In this document: piece after piece, positions 62,901-64,000 of the stretch
Position numbering within the stretch: position 1 is the first letter of the stretch
How the letters are laid out: every line of letters starts with the position of its first letter
Assembly: GCF_006345805.1 (NCBI RefSeq)
Contig: NC_043008.1
Location: 35,898,001 to 35,962,000 of the forward strand
DNA: 64,000 bases
Source of the DNA: Octopus sinensis
Taxonomy: Eukaryota
Reading direction: 5' to 3'
The notes under the pieces: generated by a model
The model's database searches: none
What the model was told of the DNA's origin: nothing
Seen by the model: only the letters and a program-made list of their open reading frames with translations
Program-made: the position numbers and the translations under genes

Positions 62901-63666
62901 GTACTGGAGTTGCTGAAATCAACTAGCCCACTCCCTTCCTCCACTCCCCTAAATTTCAGGCTTTGAATCCACGGTTGAAAGGATTATTATTATCATTAAT
63001 ATGGCAGTGAATGATAGAATTAGTAGAGTAATCATCTTGTGGTATTACAAGTCCAACTCATGCCAGGGTCAAGTTTACCTTGCCTCTTTGTGTATGTGCA
63101 GGTAAAATAAGTATTCAGTAACATATTGAGAGTCAATCCAATTAACTGTACATCATCTCTCAAAAGTCATGATCTGGCATCATATCTAGAGTCTAATACA
63201 TGATAACTGACTTTAGACTGGAGAAAACATAAGACCAATTCTCAGACAGACACAAAGTAGAACTTGGAGTGAGTGGCAGGGAGGTCACTGAGCCACTGAA
63301 AAGGTCATAGACAGCAATGGAAGAACTTTGATGAATAAGCAAGCAACTGATCGATTTTTTAACCAACATATTAAATAAACAAATGATCCATTAATTAGCT
63401 GGTTGGATATTTAACCAATTGACCAACAATAAAGAAGTGGAATTGGACCCATGCATGTGTTATTATCATTGGGATAATGACTCTCCCAAGACAAGGTTTA
63501 AAAAAATTTTCAATGACAAAAAAAAGAGTCCCTATCAATCAGAAATGAAGGATAAAATATAGAAATATATGATAAAGTTTCAACTGATTCACTAACCAGG
63601 TTTATATGCAAGAACATCTGTTTTAGTCATAGCCTTCTTGTAACACAGATAAACATCTGAGCCCAT
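17571..63666 (-). CDS. DENND4: DENND4/Crag-like DENN-domain Rab GEF (C-myc promoter-binding protein family), 30 coding exons in window, 5'-partial
   Basis: Spliced translation contains family hallmarks: YLCYKK (MABP end), [13 protein letters not shown] (uDENN), [28 protein letters not shown] and CPYIPLCPL (cDENN), [17 protein letters not shown] (dDENN), [11 protein letters not shown] (PPR-like), [17 protein letters not shown] and [13 protein letters not shown] (C-terminal). Exon phases are mutually consistent and the total of 5418 nt is divisible by 3. Confidence 0.95.
17941..18409 (+). mobile_element. Young 5'-truncated RTE LINE, antisense in the last DENND4 intron, with a 14-bp TSD
   Basis: Uninterrupted ORF 17942..18313 ([42 protein letters not shown]); TSD tatgaagtaatgaa at 17918-17931 and 18410-18423. 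Confidence 0.92.
18458..19307. mobile_element. Non-autonomous mariner derivative with ~210-bp inverted arms and transposase N-terminal remnants; TA TSD
   Basis: ta|tgaggtctgatcaataagtatcc ... ggatacttattgatcagaccaca|ta; peptides [25 protein letters not shown] and KFAPKLL. Confidence 0.88.
19354..19664 (-). mobile_element. tRNA-derived CORE-like SINE (family D)
   Basis: Minus strand: gcatggctcagtggtt (A-box) ... tgtgttcttgaacaagatactttatttcac; homologous to 24320-24645. Confidence 0.75.
19898..20065. mobile_element. Small MITE with ~22-bp imperfect TIRs
   Basis: tactgtgttttaacgtgtataa versus the reverse complement of ttatatacgtcaaaatacagta. Confidence 0.55.
20816..20988 (-). CDS. DENND4: DENND4 exon 29: [19 protein letters not shown]...[23 protein letters not shown]
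   Basis: tttcag acceptor and gtgaga donor; conserved RS.YREILFL. Confidence 0.93.
21870..22045 (-). mobile_element. SINE family A copy
   Basis: Same aaaggcaaagttgac / atttgaac / attctgccagctcacc motifs. Confidence 0.7.
22278..22450 (+). mobile_element. SINE family A copy, inverted relative to 21870-22045
   Basis: ggcagtgagctggcagaattgtt...gttcaaattc...aagtaccagt. Confidence 0.7.
23043..23100 (-). CDS. DENND4: DENND4 exon 28: [18 protein letters not shown](P)
   Basis: ttccag acceptor and gtatgt donor; provides the required phase 1 to 2 bridge; little sequence conservation. Confidence 0.78.
24320..24645 (-). mobile_element. tRNA-derived CORE-like SINE (family D)
   Basis: Full-length homologue of 19354-19664. 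Confidence 0.78.
25231..25354 (-). CDS. DENND4: DENND4 exon 27: [41 protein letters not shown]
   Basis: ttccag acceptor and gtacaa donor; conserved WDN...P.Y..W. Confidence 0.9.
27462..27762 (+). mobile_element. Full-length tRNA-derived SINE with 11-bp TSD
   Basis: A-box tagcctagtagtt, B-box gttcgaatc; TSD aaggtagaaat at 27451-27461 and 27763-27773. Confidence 0.85.
27886..27966 (-). CDS. DENND4: DENND4 exon 26: [27 protein letters not shown]
   Basis: aaacag acceptor and gtttgt donor; conserved VWYFRR. Confidence 0.9.
28469..28619 (-). CDS. DENND4: DENND4 exon 25: [31 protein letters not shown]...[10 protein letters not shown]
   Basis: cttcag acceptor and gtaagt donor; diagnostic PYLSPLV.KELE and HPIIFWN. 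Confidence 0.95.
29239..29810 (-). CDS. DENND4: DENND4 exon 24 (572 nt, low-complexity Ser/Thr): [15 protein letters not shown]...KRDFIS
   Basis: acacag acceptor and gtaagc donor; open frame of 190 codons, phase 0 to 2. Confidence 0.85.
30417..30468 (-). CDS. DENND4: DENND4 exon 23: [17 protein letters not shown]
   Basis: cattag acceptor and gtatgt donor; completes the C..FC motif. Confidence 0.9.
30623..30872 (-). CDS. DENND4: DENND4 exon 22: SISSPTF...[36 protein letters not shown]
   Basis: long poly-T, ttcaag acceptor and gttcgt donor; diagnostic [16 protein letters not shown]. Confidence 0.93.
31880..32170 (+). mobile_element. CR1-like LINE 3' end with (ATT)n tail
   Basis: Peptide ..[17 protein letters not shown] and tail gtgcacctgagcactgta..attattatt, shared with 61925-62131. 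Confidence 0.7.
32336..33505 (-). CDS. DENND4: DENND4 exon 21 (1170 nt, Ser-rich linker): [11 protein letters not shown]...RKRHKSAG...ENDPLGLF...RRQSSH
   Basis: taacag acceptor; longest ORF in window (32217..33575); SSAGV, RKRHKS and DPLG motifs. The donor lies in a GTGTGT run and was chosen by phase. Confidence 0.9.
33633..34002 (+). mobile_element. Helentron/HINE-like non-autonomous rolling-circle element
   Basis: 5' aacaagagcac, internal aagtttcatctaaatccatccagtggttcttgagatatc, 3' hairpin ccttcgc-taaa-gtggagg followed by taat. Class assigned from recalled end structures. Confidence 0.5.
34391..34540 (-). CDS. DENND4: DENND4 exon 20: [34 protein letters not shown]...KTNL
   Basis: poly-T ctag acceptor and gtaaat donor; phase 1 to 1. 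Confidence 0.82.
35021..35517 (+). mobile_element. Long form of SINE family B with (GAT)n tail
   Basis: 3' ggtgttaggaagggcatccagctgtagaaac...ccaacccatgctagcatggaaagcagacgttaaatgatgat. Shorter copies lie near 1630-1870(-), 2850-3090(-), 44170-44390, 52030-52230 and 55000-55200. Confidence 0.75.
37071..37265 (-). CDS. DENND4: DENND4 exon 19: [20 protein letters not shown]...[10 protein letters not shown] (symmetric, phase 1-1)
   Basis: tttcag acceptor and gtgaaa donor; GG.SD.GY.S motif resembles vertebrate DENND4. Confidence 0.8.
38984..39350 (+). mobile_element. tRNA-derived SINE family C
   Basis: gcaggcatggctgtgtagtaagaag...ggttcagtcccactg...gggcaaatgtc. Other copies lie near 7730-8040(-), 47080-47250, 50733-51074(-) and 59115-59300. 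Confidence 0.75.
39406..39736 (-). CDS. DENND4: DENND4 exon 18: [31 protein letters not shown]...EERMST
   Basis: atttag acceptor and gtaagg donor; conserved AVLES.WPS...W.KLRNV. Confidence 0.92.
41552..41680 (-). CDS. DENND4: DENND4 exon 17: [43 protein letters not shown] (PPR-like repeat)
   Basis: ttgcag acceptor and gtcagt donor; ORF track 41456..41686. Confidence 0.95.
42218..42403 (-). CDS. DENND4: DENND4 exon 16: [33 protein letters not shown]...IRPDE
   Basis: atccag acceptor and gtaagt donor; conserved W..CLL.HCY.LWFI.LP. Confidence 0.94.
43455..43596 (-). CDS. DENND4: DENND4 exon 15: [12 protein letters not shown]...[18 protein letters not shown]
   Basis: ttgtag acceptor and gtaaag donor; ORF track 43368..43685. 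Confidence 0.92.
44796..44858 (-). CDS. DENND4: DENND4 exon 14: [20 protein letters not shown]
   Basis: ttctag acceptor and gtaaaa donor; conserved TVFI.PPEP. Confidence 0.9.
46491..46546 (-). CDS. DENND4: DENND4 exon 13: [18 protein letters not shown](S)
   Basis: ttacag acceptor and gtagtt donor; phase 0 to 2. Confidence 0.85.
47484..47629 (-). CDS. DENND4: DENND4 exon 12: [48 protein letters not shown] (dDENN)
   Basis: ttgcag acceptor and gtaaca donor; ORF track 47433..47624. Confidence 0.95.
48078..48219 (-). CDS. DENND4: DENND4 exon 11: [29 protein letters not shown]...SLFDMQ
   Basis: ttttag acceptor and gtaaat donor; conserved IQEAFL.FMA..KGY (dDENN start). Confidence 0.93.
49183..49323 (-). 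CDS. DENND4: DENND4 exon 10: [17 protein letters not shown]...[11 protein letters not shown]
   Basis: ttgtag acceptor and gtaagg donor; 141 nt in frame. Confidence 0.88.
50056..50095 (-). CDS. DENND4: DENND4 exon 9 (40 nt): [13 protein letters not shown]
   Basis: tttttcag acceptor and gtatat donor; bridges phase 2 to 0; DKK...LPK motif. Confidence 0.85.
50492..50573 (-). CDS. DENND4: DENND4 exon 8: [26 protein letters not shown]
   Basis: actag acceptor and gtaagt donor; conserved [19 protein letters not shown]. Confidence 0.94.
51682..51775 (-). CDS. DENND4: DENND4 exon 7: [31 protein letters not shown](G)
   Basis: tatag acceptor and gtaagt donor; ORF track 51584..51775. Confidence 0.95.
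52366..52601 (-). mobile_element. CpG-retaining SINE family A copy
   Basis: Close match to 58108-58316 in reverse orientation. Confidence 0.8.
52833..52977 (-). CDS. DENND4: DENND4 exon 6: [48 protein letters not shown] (cDENN)
   Basis: ttag acceptor and gtatgt donor; ORF track 52821..53039. Confidence 0.95.
54120..54175 (-). CDS. DENND4: DENND4 exon 5: [18 protein letters not shown](S)
   Basis: tttcag acceptor and gtatgt donor; phase 0 to 2 as required; SPLP motif at the expected position. Confidence 0.88.
54192..54288. repeat. AT-rich minisatellite, 4 copies of a ~22-29-bp unit atttaatattata(a/t/g)caaatt
   Basis: Direct inspection. Confidence 0.8.
54322..54541. mobile_element. piggyBac-like MITE (TTAA TSD, CCCTTTCGTTAC TIR)
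   Basis: ttaa|ccctttcgttac ... gtaacgaaaggg|ttaa. Confidence 0.88.
56008..56074 (-). CDS. DENND4: DENND4 exon 4: [22 protein letters not shown]
   Basis: tttcag acceptor and gtaatt donor; conserved [10 protein letters not shown]. Confidence 0.93.
57262..57910 (+). repeat. Three tandem SINE family A copies
   Basis: Heads near 57262, 57495 and 57715, each with a gttcaaat B-box. Confidence 0.75.
58108..58316 (+). mobile_element. SINE family A copy with imperfect TSD
   Basis: Flanks attatctcatagcttt (58092-58107) and attatctcagcttt (58317-58330). Confidence 0.8.
58535..58779 (-). CDS. DENND4: DENND4 exon 3: [11 protein letters not shown]...[13 protein letters not shown]...VPIER
   Basis: ttttag acceptor and gtgagt donor; ORF track 58531..58764. 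Confidence 0.95.
59818..59987 (-). CDS. DENND4: DENND4 exon 2: [27 protein letters not shown]...GGEK (uDENN)
   Basis: ttttcag acceptor and gttggt donor; ORF track 59749..60024. Confidence 0.93.
60053..60273. mobile_element. piggyBac-like MITE, second copy
   Basis: Same TIR and TTAA; highly similar to 54322-54541. Confidence 0.88.
60730..61040 (-). mobile_element. Degenerate NeSL/HERO-type (REL-endonuclease) non-LTR retrotransposon fragment
   Basis: Frameshifted peptides [24 protein letters not shown] and [21 protein letters not shown] occur in the order expected for the PD..E-L.VPWE..EVG endonuclease region. Confidence 0.6.
61925..62131 (-). mobile_element. CR1-like LINE 3' end with (ATT)n tail
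   Basis: [41 protein letters not shown]. Confidence 0.8.
62255..62787 (+). mobile_element. Interspersed repeat with (AAT)n tail, probably a retroposon 3' end
   Basis: Higher-GC block ending in ctctcactcaataataataat. Recognised from memory as an abundant octopod repeat; class uncertain. Confidence 0.5.
63597..63666 (-). CDS. DENND4: DENND4 exon (window exon 1): [23 protein letters not shown], end of MABP domain
   Basis: ttttag|ATG...CCT G|gttagt; phase 0 to 1. Confidence 0.9.
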
Positions 63667-64000
63667 CTAAAATAAACAGGAAAAAACAAATAATATAGTC
63701 TGTATGAAAAAAAAACAACAAAATATTAAAATTGAATATGGTCTAATAATGAAACTTTTAAAAATACAAATTACTGCAATATTTGAAACAAAACAAAAAG
63801 CAAAAAATGGAATTATGTAAGACTTTGTCATTCCTTTTCATGTTTAGATGTTTTGGAACAAATGTAAATTGATTTTGTTTTCAGTTGGATAACCTTCCTA
63901 CTACAAGTTACACAAACATGAAATAAAAGTGAATTAGGATTTTTAGTCAGGCAAACTAGAGCAAAGAGAATGTCTCATTTACTCACTGACAAACTTATGT

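Overview
AT-rich eukaryotic genomic DNA. The repeat families look like those of an octopod cephalopod (Octopus-like); this is recognised from memory of the repeats, not verified. The main feature is one minus-strand gene, a DENND4/Crag (MYCBP-type Rab GEF) orthologue. I reconstructed 30 coding exons by hand between 63666 and the stop at 17571. All have GT-AG boundaries and consistent phases, and they total 5418 nt (1805 aa plus stop). They cover the end of the MABP domain, uDENN/cDENN/dDENN, the PPR-like repeat, a long Ser-rich linker and the conserved C-terminal region. The 5' exons lie beyond the window. The rest is intron, 3'UTR and intergenic sequence filled with tRNA-derived SINEs, RTE, CR1 and NeSL/HERO LINE fragments, mariner-, piggyBac- and Merlin-like MITEs, a Helentron-like element and microsatellites. 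I found no rRNA, true tRNA or CRISPR array. The most interesting observations are: a minimal Penelope-type hammerhead-ribozyme motif; a young antisense RTE insertion that creates a cryptic splice acceptor in the last intron; a symmetric exon preceded by RBFOX and MBNL motifs; a long-TIR MITE carrying telomeric repeats; and a mariner made of two left ends. I do not see evidence for a wholly new multi-gene system.
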